Assembly (NCBI RefSeq): GCF_030816895.1
Contig: NZ_JAUSYL010000001.1
Coordinates: 3,069,682-3,133,681, forward strand
Length of the DNA stretch: 64,000 bases
Reading direction: 5' to 3'
Source: Clavibacter sp. B3I6
GTDB taxonomy: Bacteria; Actinomycetota; Actinomycetes; Actinomycetales; Microbacteriaceae
Part shown: positions 33,955 to 42,668 of the stretch, piece by piece
How the letters are laid out: the number at the start of each line of letters is the position of its first letter
Numbering within the stretch: position 1 is the first letter of the stretch
Position numbers and translations under genes: made by a program
Notes under the pieces: generated by a model
The model's database searches: none
What the model saw: the letters and a program-made list of their open reading frames with translations, nothing else
Told to the model about the DNA's origin: nothing

Positions 33955-34832
33955 CCCGCGTTCGGCAGCCGCACCTCCACGAGGCCGGCCGTGACGCGGG
34001 TCTCGAAGCGCGGCTGGGGCGCCGTCGCGGGGCCGTGGATGACCTCGCCCGTCTTCAGGCTGAAGACGCTCTGGTGCCACGGGCAGGTGACGCAGGCCTC
34101 GCCGGTCTTCGGGTCCTTCCCGAGCTCGCCCTCGTCGAGCGGCGCGGAGAGGTGGCTGCAGGTGTTGCTGAGCGCGTCCACCGTCATGCCGTGGCGGCGG
34201 ACGAGGACCGGCAGGCCCGCGACGTCGCGCTTCGCGAGGCGGCCGTCGGGCAGGTCGTCGAGCTGGCCGAGCTCCTGCCAGCCGGCGGGGAAGCGGTGCG
34301 GCACGTCCTCGGCGTGGTTCGCGCCCGACGCCTGGCGGTACGCGAGGTGACCGCCGAGGAAGCCGCCGGCGGAGACGAGGCCGAGGCCCGCGAGGCCGAG
34401 GATCTTGCCGCTCGTCTGCTTGCCGCGGGCGCGCTGGATCCACGACAGCCCGTAGAGGCCGGTGGCGAGCGCGTTGGCGGCGGAGTGCACGATGCCCACC
34501 CGGAGCTGCTGCTCGTGCAGCTGCGACCAGTCGGCGTAGCCGGAGACGATCGACGGCGCGGCACTGAGGATCCCGACGCCCACGAGCGCCTGGCTGGCTT
34601 TCTCGTTGCCGGGCAGGAGGTCGAGGACCGCGGACGAGATCCACGCGCCCGACGGGATCAGCACGGCGACGGGGTGCAGCGGGTGCCCGAACGGCACGCC
34701 GTGCAGCAGGTCGGCCAGCGCACGCGGCTTGAGCAGGGCGACCACGGTGCCGCGCACCTTGGCGACGATCGGGTCGAGCACCTCGGCGTCCTCGATCTTC
34801 GTGATGGCCGAGACGAGCTTCAGCTCCCTCAT
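33951..34832 (-). CDS. Rieske [2Fe-2S] domain protein fused to a DUF2231-like membrane domain
   Basis: C-terminal CSHLSAPL...CPWHQSVF Rieske motifs; N-terminal TM region; ATG with GGAGAT RBS (alternative ATG at 34850). Confidence 0.6.
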   Translation of the reverse strand: MRELKLVSAITKIEDAEVLDPIVAKVRGTVVALLKPRALADLLHGVPFGHPLHPVAVLIPSGAWISSAVLDLLPGNEKASQALVGVGILSAAPSIVSGYADWSQLHEQQLRVGIVHSAANALATGLYGLSWIQRARGKQTSGKILGLAGLGLVSAGGFLGGHLAYRQASGANHAEDVPHRFPAGWQELGQLDDLPDGRLAKRDVAGLPVLVRRHGMTVDALSNTCSHLSAPLDEGELGKDPKTGEACVTCPWHQSVFSLKTGEVIHGPATAPQPRFETRVTAGLVEVRLPNAG

Positions 34833-34954
34833 GGGATCTCCGTTCTTCATCGGCGCCGGCGTCGACGCTCTTCCCCCAGGCAACGCCCCTCGGGGCGCGA
34901 CGGCAAGGCCGGGCGGCCTGATGGCCAGTGCCGCGTAACCGGGAGGGCTCCGGA

Positions 34955-35686
34955 TCAGGCGTCGGGATCGCGCGCCGGGTGCCGCGAGGAGACGGGCGCG
35001 CCGTGCCGCGCGTCCCGGTAGGCGGGGGCGCGGAGGCGGCGCGCCCAGGCGTACGTCGTGTCGCCGGGCGGGGCCGCGAGCACCGGGTCGACGCGCGTGG
35101 CGGTGTCGAGCGGGCCGGTGGCGTCGTGGGTCAGCTCGATGCGCGCGGCCACGTGCCACAGTCCGCGCGGCGTCGCGTGGACGAGCCGGAGCCCGAGCCG
35201 TCGGGTGGCGAGGGCGCGGCCGAGGTCCTCCGCGCCGGCGGGCAGCGGCGGATCCTGGTCCACCAGCACGCCGAGGAGCACCGGCCCGGTGGATCCGCGG
35301 TACGGCATCAGCGTCGTCATGCGGGCGCCGGAGAGGGAGCGCCTGGGCTGGAGCAGGAAGCGGCCGGGGAACCCGATGCCGGTCGTGGAGACGAGCACGT
35401 CGACGGTCGTGTCGCCGCCGTCGGGGATCCGCAGCGCGAGCCCGAGCACGTCGGGGAGCGCGGCGGGGGTCCCGGCTCCGCGCGAGAAGCGGGCGGTGAT
35501 CGCGAGCGGCGCGTCGAGCCCGTCGAGCCAGGCGAGGCCGGAGGCCGCGCGACCGGCGACGGGCGTCAGCGTGCCGGCGAGGGCGACCCCGGCCGGGTGG
35601 ATAGGACGGGGGCGGCGGACCAGCCGCACGGCGCGGATGAGGGCGGCGAGGACGTTCCCGCCGACGCGGGCCGGGATGTCGGTCAT
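34955..35686 (-). CDS. hypothetical protein
   Basis: 243-aa ORF with coding-like composition; no recognisable motif. Confidence 0.35.
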   Translation of the reverse strand: MTDIPARVGGNVLAALIRAVRLVRRPRPIHPAGVALAGTLTPVAGRAASGLAWLDGLDAPLAITARFSRGAGTPAALPDVLGLALRIPDGGDTTVDVLVSTTGIGFPGRFLLQPRRSLSGARMTTLMPYRGSTGPVLLGVLVDQDPPLPAGAEDLGRALATRRLGLRLVHATPRGLWHVAARIELTHDATGPLDTATRVDPVLAAPPGDTTYAWARRLRAPAYRDARHGAPVSSRHPARDPDA

Positions 35687-35834
35687 CGCTCGACCCTATT
35701 CCGATGCGCCTCCGGCGTCCCGGCCGCGGTCGAGGAGGCGCAGACGGCGGGGGACGCGACGACGCCCGGGTCGACCGTGCGGTCGACCCGGGCGTCGGGC
35801 GTGCGGGGCGTGCGGCGCCGGGAGGCGCGGTCCG

Positions 35835-36731
35835 CTACGGCGTGGGCATGCCGCCGTTGACGTGCAGCGTCTCGCCGATGACGTAGCTCGACTCGGGCGA
35901 GGCGAGGAACACGAACGCCGGGGCGAGCTCGGCGGGCTGGCCGGGGCGGCCGAGGGGGGTGTCCTCGCCGAACGACGGCAGCGCCTCGGCGGGCTGGCCG
36001 CCGGCGGTCTGCAGCGGGGTCCACACGGGGCCGGGCGCGACGACGTTCACGCGGATGCCCTTGGGCGCGAGCTGCTGCGCGAGGCCCTTCGAGAACGCGT
36101 TGATCGACGCCTTGGTGGTCGCGTAGTGGATGAGGTTCGGCGACGGCTGGTACGCCTGGATCGACGACGTGTTGATGATCGTGGAGCCGGGCTTCAGGTG
36201 CGCGAGGGCCGCCTTCGTGATCCAGAACATCGCGTAGACGTTGGTCTTGAAGGTGACGTCGAACTCCTCGTCCGAGATCTCCTCGAGCGTGTCGAAGTTC
36301 TGCTGCTTGCCCGCGTTGTTCACGAGGATGTCGAGGCCGCCGAGGCCCTCGACGGCCTTCGCGACGAGCTCGCGGCTGAACTCGGCCGTGGAGATGTCGC
36401 CGGGGATGGTGACGGCCTTCCGGCCGGCCTCCTCGATGAGGGCGACGACCTGCTTCGCGTCCTCCTCCTCCTCGGGGAGGTAGGAGAGGGCGATGTCCGC
36501 GCCCTCGCGGGCGAAGGCGATGGCGACGGCCGCGCCGATGCCCGAGTCGGCGCCCGTGATGAGGGCCTTGCGTCCCTCGAGGCGGCCGGATCCGCGGTAG
36601 CTCTTCTCGCCGCGGTCCGCGGTCTCCTGGAGGTCGGCGTCGAGGCCGGGTCCGTCCTGCTCCTGGGCGGTCGTGTCGATGCCGCTGTACATCGCGGCGG
36701 GGTCCTGGAAGGTGTACTGGTCGTCGCTCAT
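35835..36731 (-). CDS. SDR-family oxidoreductase (general stress protein 39 / YghA-like)
   Basis: 298 aa; TGADSGIG Rossmann motif; catalytic S...YxxxK. Confidence 0.8.
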   Translation of the reverse strand: MSDDQYTFQDPAAMYSGIDTTAQEQDGPGLDADLQETADRGEKSYRGSGRLEGRKALITGADSGIGAAVAIAFAREGADIALSYLPEEEEDAKQVVALIEEAGRKAVTIPGDISTAEFSRELVAKAVEGLGGLDILVNNAGKQQNFDTLEEISDEEFDVTFKTNVYAMFWITKAALAHLKPGSTIINTSSIQAYQPSPNLIHYATTKASINAFSKGLAQQLAPKGIRVNVVAPGPVWTPLQTAGGQPAEALPSFGEDTPLGRPGQPAELAPAFVFLASPESSYVIGETLHVNGGMPTP

Positions 36732-36789
36732 GGGGTCTCCTCGTGCTGGATCTGCGTGGGTGCGTGCGGATGCGGTGCGGGTGCCGGCG

Positions 36790-37083
36790 TCAGCTCGGCG
36801 GGGTGTCGTCCAGGTCGATGTCCTGGCCGGCGAGGTCGTTGGGGGCGAGCGCGGGCTCGGCCTCGCCGTCGACGCCGAGGGAGTCGGCCTCGGGCTCGGC
36901 GTTCGCGCCCATCACGGCGTCGTCGTCGTCGACCTGCTCGACGGGCTCGTCCGTGTCGGGGAGGACGGTCTCGCCGGCGACGGCGTCGTTGACGACCGTC
37001 TCCTTGTCGATGCCGACCACGTCGAGCGCGGTGTCGTCGCCGGTCGAGTCGTCACCGGGGGTGGTGGAGGTGGCGTCGGTCAT
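36790..37083 (-). CDS. small acidic disordered protein D (97 aa)
   Basis: D/E/P/T-rich; ATG 4 nt after the stop of protein C; codon usage GAC/GAG/CCC typical of the host. Confidence 0.45.
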   Translation of the reverse strand: MTDATSTTPGDDSTGDDTALDVVGIDKETVVNDAVAGETVLPDTDEPVEQVDDDDAVMGANAEPEADSLGVDGEAEPALAPNDLAGQDIDLDDTPPS

Positions 37084-37087
37084 CGGG

Positions 37088-37390
37088 TCACTCACCGGCC
37101 TCGGGCTTGGGGTGGCCGGGGATCGAGTCGCCGCTGAGGTTGAGCTCGTCGGGGTCGACGTCGATCTCGCCGACGTCGTCGGGGCCGCCGGAGCCGGGGA
37201 GCACCTGCACGTCGTCCTCGGCGTCGGGGGCGTCCGGCGAGACGGCGTCGCTCTCGGAGATCTGCTGCTCCTGCAGCACCTTGGTGTCGTCCTCGCTGGG
37301 CGAGGTGAAGTCCCTGTCCGGGAGCGTGTCGGAGGGCTCGAGGTGCGGGTAGTCGGTGTCCATGCGCTCGACGCTACGCTCGCCCTCCAA
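37088..37390 (-). CDS. small acidic disordered protein C (start uncertain; ATG at 37363 gives 91 aa)
   Basis: contains the SPDAPDAEDDVQV motif shared with paralogs. Confidence 0.45.
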   Translation of the reverse strand: MEGERSVERMDTDYPHLEPSDTLPDRDFTSPSEDDTKVLQEQQISESDAVSPDAPDAEDDVQVLPGSGGPDDVGEIDVDPDELNLSGDSIPGHPKPEAGE

Positions 37391-37464
37391 GGGCGTGGGG
37401 TGGCATCCGGCAAACGCCCATGAACGGTCCGCGGACGCCGCCGACCCGCTTCCCGAGGGCCGCG

Positions 37465-37620
37465 CTACTGGTCGTCCGGGCCCTCGCCGAACGGGTCGGG
37501 CTCGTCCTCGCGGGCGTCCTCCTCCTCTGCCTCCGCGCGGGTGGCGACCGAGTCCGCGTCGATCGGCTCGGGCTCGGCGAGCGGGGTCGGGGTGTGCTCG
37601 CGCGCGCCGGGATCCGTCAC
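37465..37620 (-). CDS. small acidic peptide B (51 aa, GTG start 1 nt after the stop of A)
   Basis: VTDPGAREHTPTPLAEPEPIDADSVATRAEAEEEDAREDEPDPFGEGPDDQ; below the ORF-track cutoff; tight coupling to A. Confidence 0.3.
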   Translation of the reverse strand: MTDPGAREHTPTPLAEPEPIDADSVATRAEAEEEDAREDEPDPFGEGPDDQ

Positions 37621-37621
37621 G

Positions 37622-37939
37622 TCAGCGGCCCTCGGGGTCGACGTGGCCCGCGGCGTCGTCCGCCGGCGCGCCCATGTGCGAGTCGGCGGCGGTGACCGCC
37701 CGGTTGTCGGGGACGGCGGGGTACTCGGCGTCGGCGGGATCCGCGTCCTCGACCTCGAGGGTGTCCTCCTCCGCGTGCCCGTACGTCGTGCCGTCGGGTT
37801 CGCGGACGGCGTCGCCGGTGCCCGCGGGGGCGTCGTCGCCGGCGGGGGAGACCACGTCGTCCACGGTCACCAGCCCGTCGGGATCGCCGGGGCCGCGCCC
37901 GGTGCGGATGCCGTCTGCCTGGTCTTCTCGGTCGCTCAT
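37622..37939 (-). CDS. small acidic disordered protein A (105 aa)
   Basis: AGGGTGGGAG upstream of the ATG; EVEDADPADAEYP motif. Confidence 0.45.
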   Translation of the reverse strand: MSDREDQADGIRTGRGPGDPDGLVTVDDVVSPAGDDAPAGTGDAVREPDGTTYGHAEEDTLEVEDADPADAEYPAVPDNRAVTAADSHMGAPADDAAGHVDPEGR

Positions 37940-38038
37940 GCTCCCACCCTACGAGCGACCCGTGCACGCGGAGGAGCCGCCGCCCGCTTCCGCGGACGAC
38001 GGCTCCTCGTCGTGGGGTGCCGGCGGGCACCGGGTGGG

Positions 38039-38497
38039 TCAGCTCGCGGCGGGCGCGCCCTGCTCCACCGTCAGCGTGCGCGCCTCCTGGCCCTGGGGCT
38101 CCTCGGACGTCACCGCGATCTTGCGCGGCTTCGCCCGCTCGCTCACCGGGATGGTGACGCTGAGCACGCCGTTGGCGTAGTGCGCGGAGATGCGCTCGGT
38201 GTCGATGCCCTGGCCGAGCGTGAGCTGGCGGAGGAACGTGCCGGCCACGCGCTCGCGGGTGAGCCAGCGGACGCCGGGGTCGCCGGCGAGCGTGCGCTCC
38301 GCGCGGATGGTCAGCAGCTGACCGTCCACGTCGATGTCGACGGAGCCCGGGTCGATGCCCGGCAGGTCGGCGGCCAGCACGTAGGTGTCGCCCTCGCGGT
38401 GCAGGTCGATGGGCATCGGACGGTTGGCCTGGCGGGTCTCGGCCAGCGCGCCCATGGCGCGGTCCAGCTCGCGGAACGGATCGAAGGTCATGTTCAT
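38039..38497 (-). CDS. Hsp20/alpha-crystallin small heat-shock protein
   Basis: 152 aa; ACD domain with the GVLTVTIP-like motif (GVLSVTIPV); RBS GAGGAG. Confidence 0.85.
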   Translation of the reverse strand: MNMTFDPFRELDRAMGALAETRQANRPMPIDLHREGDTYVLAADLPGIDPGSVDIDVDGQLLTIRAERTLAGDPGVRWLTRERVAGTFLRQLTLGQGIDTERISAHYANGVLSVTIPVSERAKPRKIAVTSEEPQGQEARTLTVEQGAPAAS

Positions 38498-38524
38498 GCT
38501 CGACTCCTCTGATGATCTGTGGGG

Positions 38525-38543
38525 TTGAGCCCACTCGGCTCAA
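38525..38543 (-). promoter_or_regulatory. HAIR-like inverted repeat TTGAGC-N7-GCTCAA (HspR-operator-like)
   Basis: compare the HAIR consensus CTTGAGT-N7-ACTCAAG; lies between the putative -10 and the RBS of hsp20. Confidence 0.45.
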
Positions 38544-38551
38544 CTACGTCG

Positions 38552-38581
38552 ACATTAGCACTCCGAGCAGGCGAGTGCCAA
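38552..38581 (-). promoter_or_regulatory. CIRCE element (TTAGCACTC-N9-GAGTGCcAA) overlapping a TTGGCA-18-TAATGT promoter
   Basis: 17/18 match to the HrcA-operator consensus with exact 9-nt spacer; -35 at 38576-38581 and -10 at 38552-38557 on the minus strand. Confidence 0.7.
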
Positions 38582-38619
38582 GCCGTTCGCCGAGGGCGAA
38601 TGTCACTCTCATCACCGGT

Positions 38620-38970
38620 TCAGGCGCGTCGACGGAGGTCGCGCTCCATGCGGCCGATGAGGGTCCATACCGCGCGCGAGAGGTCCGGGTGCTCCAGCGC
38701 GATCCCGCGCAGCAGCCGGTACTCGAAGCGCGCGACGACGCCCGGCGCGGTCGACGGATGGCGCACGCGCGCGAGCTCCTCCGCCAGCCCCGCGGCCTCG
38801 AGCGCGTCCTGGCGGAGGGTCGCCACCACGTGCTCGTCCACGGTGGGCAGCTCGGGGATGACCTCCCACGGGTCGTCCCCGTTCCGGCAGCGGTGCTCGA
38901 TCACGGCGTCCAGCTCGTCGCGGGCCTCCTGGCGCAGCACCTCGAGGCTGGCGGGGAAGCGGGCGTGCAC
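38620..38970 (-). CDS. hypothetical protein (116 aa)
   Basis: non-repetitive ORF from GTG with AGAGGA RBS; the opposite-strand ORF is compositional noise. Confidence 0.4.
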   Translation of the reverse strand: MHARFPASLEVLRQEARDELDAVIEHRCRNGDDPWEVIPELPTVDEHVVATLRQDALEAAGLAEELARVRHPSTAPGVVARFEYRLLRGIALEHPDLSRAVWTLIGRMERDLRRRA

Positions 38971-39043
38971 GGGCGGATCCTCTCGGGCGGTCGGGGTGGG
39001 GGACCCCGGCCTCGCGACCGGGTCCCCTTCACGCTACGTCATG

Positions 39044-39081
39044 CCCCGGACCGCCCCGGACCGCCTCGGACCGCCCCGGAC
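39044..39081. repeat. 10-bp tandem repeat x~4 (ccccggaccg) in a divergent promoter region
   Basis: read directly. Confidence 0.8.
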
Positions 39082-39133
39082 GGGGAGGCGGGACGCCGTG
39101 GGTAGCCTGGAGGCCCGGCCACCAGGAGGACCC

Positions 39134-39826
39134 ATGACCGACACCGCCCGCCCCGTCGCCCTCGTCACCGGGGCCACCCGCGGCATCGGCCGGGCGATCG
39201 CCGAGGACCTCGGCCGCACCCATCGCGTCATCGTGCACGGGCGCGACCGGGACGCCGTCGACGCGCTCGCCGCCTCCCTCCCGGACGCCGTCGGCTGGGC
39301 GGCCGACCTCGCCGCGGGCGGGCTGGACGCATTCGTCCCCGCGCTCGACCGGCTCGACGTCCTCGTGCACTCGGCCGGCGTGATCGGCGGCGACGCCGTC
39401 GACCGCACGCCCGTCGAGGAGTGGCGGCGCGTGTTCGAGGTCAACGTCTTCGCGGTCGCCGAGGTCACGCGGATCCTCCTGCCCGCGCTCCGGGCGGCCG
39501 GCGGGCAGGTCGTGCTCGTCAACTCCGGATCCGGCTTCACGGCGAACCCCACGGGCGGCGTCTACGCGGGATCCAAGTTCGCCCTCCGCGCGCTCGGCGA
39601 CGCCCTCCGCGAGGAGGAGCGTCCGCACGGCGTGCGCGTCTCGAGCGTGCACCCGGGCCGCGTCGCCACCGACATGCAGCGCGAGCTCCGCGCCAAGGAG
39701 GGCGGCGAGTACGACGCGGCGCGCTACCTCGAGCCCGCGTCCGTCGCGCGCGCCGTGCGCCTGGTCGTCGACCAGACCCGCGACGGCACGCTCGAGTCGG
39801 TGTCGCTGCGGCCGTTCGGGGGCTGA
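39134..39826 (+). CDS. SDR-family oxidoreductase
   Basis: 230 aa; AGGAGG RBS; TGATRGIG...YAGSK motifs. Confidence 0.8.
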   Translation: MTDTARPVALVTGATRGIGRAIAEDLGRTHRVIVHGRDRDAVDALAASLPDAVGWAADLAAGGLDAFVPALDRLDVLVHSAGVIGGDAVDRTPVEEWRRVFEVNVFAVAEVTRILLPALRAAGGQVVLVNSGSGFTANPTGGVYAGSKFALRALGDALREEERPHGVRVSSVHPGRVATDMQRELRAKEGGEYDAARYLEPASVARAVRLVVDQTRDGTLESVSLRPFGG

Positions 39827-39844
39827 CCCGCCGGGCCGCGCCGA

Positions 39845-41014
39845 TCAGCGCCCGCGGAACGTCGCCCGGATGTCGTCGACGACGAGCCCCGGCTGCTCGA
39901 GCAGCGCGAAGTGCCCGCCGCGCGCGACCTCGCTGAACAGCACGAGGTCGGTGTACCGGCGCTCCGCCCAGCGGCGCGAGCGGCGCACGTACTCGCCCGG
40001 CATGATGCTGAGCCCCGTCGGGATGGTGATCGGCGCGTCGATCGTGCCCGGCGTCGCCCAGCCGACCTGCGCCGACTCCCAGTAGAAGCGCGCCGCGGAG
40101 GCCGCCGTGCCGGGCAGCCAGTACAGCATCACGTCGTCGATCATCTCGTCGAGCGCGAAGAGCGCCTCGGCGTCGCCGTGCTCGTCGTGGGACCCGCCGA
40201 CGTCCTGGAACATCGCGTAGATCCACGCGGCGAGACCCGCGGGGGAGTCCTGCAGGCCGTACCCGACGGTCTGCGGCCGGGTCGACATCATCTGCGAGTA
40301 GCCGGACAGCTGCTGCCAGTAGTGCCCGGTCTCCGCCATCATCCGCCGCTCCTCGTCGGTGGCGTCGCGCATCTCGTCGTCCGTCGGCATGAAGGGCGCC
40401 ATGTTGAGGTGGATCGCCCGGAGCCCGATCCCCTCCGCGGCCTCGAGGGCCGCGAGCTCGGACGTGACGGACGCTCCCAGGTCGCCGCCCTGCGCGTACC
40501 AGGCGTCGTAGCCGAGGCGGTGCATGAGCTCGGCCCACGCGCGGGCGGTGCGCCCGGCGCCCCAGCCCGTGCCCGTCGGCTTCCCGGAGAAGCCGAATCC
40601 GGGGAGGCTCGGGATCACGACGTGGAAGGCGTCCTCCGCGGAGCCGCCGTGCGCCACCGGGTCGGTGAGCGGGCCGATGGCGTGCCGGAACTCCAGCACC
40701 GACCCCGGCCAGCCGTGGGTCAGCAGCAGCGGCCGCGCGCCGGGCTCGGGGGAGCGGACGTGCAGGAAGTGGATCCCCAGGCCGTCCACCTCGGTGATGT
40801 GCTGGCCCCAGCCGTTCAGCAGCGCCTCGGTCGGGCGCCAGTCGTAGCCGTCGGCCCAGCGCTCGACGAAGCGCCGCATGCGCGCGAGCTGCGGGCCCTG
40901 CCCGGTGTCGCCGACGGTCTCGGGCTCGGGCCAGCGGGTGGCGAGGAGGCGGCGGCGGAGGTCGTCGAGGTCGGCCTCGGGGACGTCGAGGCGGAAGGGG
41001 GTGATGGCGGACAT
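39845..41014 (-). CDS. epoxide hydrolase (microsomal-EH-like alpha/beta hydrolase)
   Basis: 389 aa; EH N-terminal domain plus HGWP oxyanion motif; GGAG RBS. Confidence 0.8.
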   Translation of the reverse strand: MSAITPFRLDVPEADLDDLRRRLLATRWPEPETVGDTGQGPQLARMRRFVERWADGYDWRPTEALLNGWGQHITEVDGLGIHFLHVRSPEPGARPLLLTHGWPGSVLEFRHAIGPLTDPVAHGGSAEDAFHVVIPSLPGFGFSGKPTGTGWGAGRTARAWAELMHRLGYDAWYAQGGDLGASVTSELAALEAAEGIGLRAIHLNMAPFMPTDDEMRDATDEERRMMAETGHYWQQLSGYSQMMSTRPQTVGYGLQDSPAGLAAWIYAMFQDVGGSHDEHGDAEALFALDEMIDDVMLYWLPGTAASAARFYWESAQVGWATPGTIDAPITIPTGLSIMPGEYVRRSRRWAERRYTDLVLFSEVARGGHFALLEQPGLVVDDIRATFRGR

Positions 41015-41061
41015 GCGCGGCTCCGATCGGGTGCTGATGCGCAGCAGGTGCGTGCGCTCAG

Positions 41062-41086
41062 AGATCATCTTCACATAAGACGATCT
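41062..41086. promoter_or_regulatory. imperfect palindrome AGATCATCTT-cacat-AAGAcGATCT (MarR-type operator candidate)
   Basis: 9/10 complementary arms in the 92-bp divergent intergenic region between the epoxide hydrolase and marR. Confidence 0.55.
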
Positions 41087-41106
41087 GGGCGGGATACGAT
41101 CTCCCC

Positions 41107-41712
41107 ATGACCTCCTCCGCCGCCCCCGCCCCCCGGGCCGACGACCGCGCCGCCGACGACGCCACCGGCATCGACTGGGGATCGGGCGGCATCGAGACGC
41201 AGTTCGGCTGGTCCATCCAGGCCGTCTACCAGGGCTTCGCGCGCACGGCGCAGACCGCCGTGGCCGACGTGCCGGGCGGGCCGCGCGGCTACCAGGTGCT
41301 CGTCGCGATCACGACGGAGGAGGCCACCTCGCAGCTCGCGCTGGCGCAGCGCCTCGGCATCGACAAGACGCAGATGACCTACGTCATCGACGCGCTCGCC
41401 GACGGCGGCCTCGTCGAGCGGCAGCCGCACCCGCGGGACCGGCGCATCCGCCAGGTCGTGCCCACCGACGCCGGACGCGCCCTGCTCGAGACGGCCCGCG
41501 TGGCCCTCGGGGACGTCGAGGACGCCCTCATGCGCGACCTCGACCCCGACGAGCGCACGGCGCTCCGGCGGCTCCTCGCGCGCGTCGCCCTCGGCGCCGG
41601 CGACGCCGCCGCCTGCCTCCCCGACGGGCAGCCGATGGAGCAGCCCGTCGCCGCCCCCCACCGCTCGCGCCGACCGGCGCGCCGCACCCCCCGAGACGGA
41701 GACCACTCGTGA
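41107..41712 (+). CDS. MarR-family transcriptional regulator
   Basis: 201 aa; winged-HTH MarR core (..LAQRLGIDKTQMTYVIDALADGGLVERQPHPRDRR..). Confidence 0.8.
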   Translation: MTSSAAPAPRADDRAADDATGIDWGSGGIETQFGWSIQAVYQGFARTAQTAVADVPGGPRGYQVLVAITTEEATSQLALAQRLGIDKTQMTYVIDALADGGLVERQPHPRDRRIRQVVPTDAGRALLETARVALGDVEDALMRDLDPDERTALRRLLARVALGAGDAAACLPDGQPMEQPVAAPHRSRRPARRTPRDGDHS

Positions 41713-42668
41713 GCATCCCCACCCCCACCACCCCCGCATCCGGATCCCCGTCCGGCCCCGTCGTCGTCGCCGGCGCCACCGGCGACCTCGGCCGCCGCAT
41801 CGTCCGCGAGCTCCTCGCCGCGGGCGCCCGCGTCCGCGTGCTCACCCGCCCGGGCAGCTCGGCCGCGGCGGAGGCGTGGGGCGAGGATCCCCGCGTCGAG
41901 GTCGTCGAGGCCGCCTACACGGACCGCGCCGCGCTCATCCGCGCGGTCGCCGGCGCCCGCGTCGTCGTCTCCGCCGTGAGCGGCGCCCGCTCCGTGATCG
42001 TCGGGGCCCAGCGCGCGCTCCTCGCCGCGACCGTCGCGGCCGGCGTCCCGCGCTTCATCCCGTCCGACTACTCCTCGGACTACCGCCGCGTCACCCCCGG
42101 CAGCAACCGCAACTTCGAGCTGCGCCGCGAGTTCGCCGCCGACCTCGACGCCGCTCCCGTGCGCGTCACCTCCGTGCTCAACGGCGCGTTCGCCGACATG
42201 CTCACCGGCCAGGCCCCCATCGTCCTGTTCGACCGGCACCGGGTCCTCTACTGGTCGTCCGCCGACCAGGTGCTCGACTTCACGACCAAGGACGACACCG
42301 CGCGCGTCACGGCGCTCGTCGCCCTCGACGACGACGCGCCCCGCGTGGTGGAGGTCGCCGGGGACCGGGTCACGGCGCGCGACCTCGCGCGGATCATGAC
42401 GGAGATCACCGGCACGCCGTTCCAGCTGCAGTGGGCCGGCACCACGGGCGTCCTCGCCGCGGCGAGCAAGGCCATGCGCCGCGTCGCGCGGGACGAGCAG
42501 GAGACCTTCCCCGCCTGGCAGGGGATGCAGTACCTCGTGAGCATGTACAGCGGCGAGGCGGAGCTGCGGCACGTCGACCGCGAGCGGTTCGGCGACCTGT
42601 CGTGGACGGGCGTGCGCGACGTGCTCGCCGCCCACGTCGCCGAGCGGGGGACCGCGCCGGCCGCGTAG
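41709..42668 (+). CDS. NmrA-like NAD(P)-binding protein
   Basis: 319 aa; GATGDLG Rossmann motif; GTGA overlap with marR. Confidence 0.7.
   Translation: MSIPTPTTPASGSPSGPVVVAGATGDLGRRIVRELLAAGARVRVLTRPGSSAAAEAWGEDPRVEVVEAAYTDRAALIRAVAGARVVVSAVSGARSVIVGAQRALLAATVAAGVPRFIPSDYSSDYRRVTPGSNRNFELRREFAADLDAAPVRVTSVLNGAFADMLTGQAPIVLFDRHRVLYWSSADQVLDFTTKDDTARVTALVALDDDAPRVVEVAGDRVTARDLARIMTEITGTPFQLQWAGTTGVLAAASKAMRRVARDEQETFPAWQGMQYLVSMYSGEAELRHVDRERFGDLSWTGVRDVLAAHVAERGTAPAA

Noticed and set aside
32509-34644. 711-aa minus ORF across the MFS gene
   Set aside because: R/P/G-rich antisense artefact.
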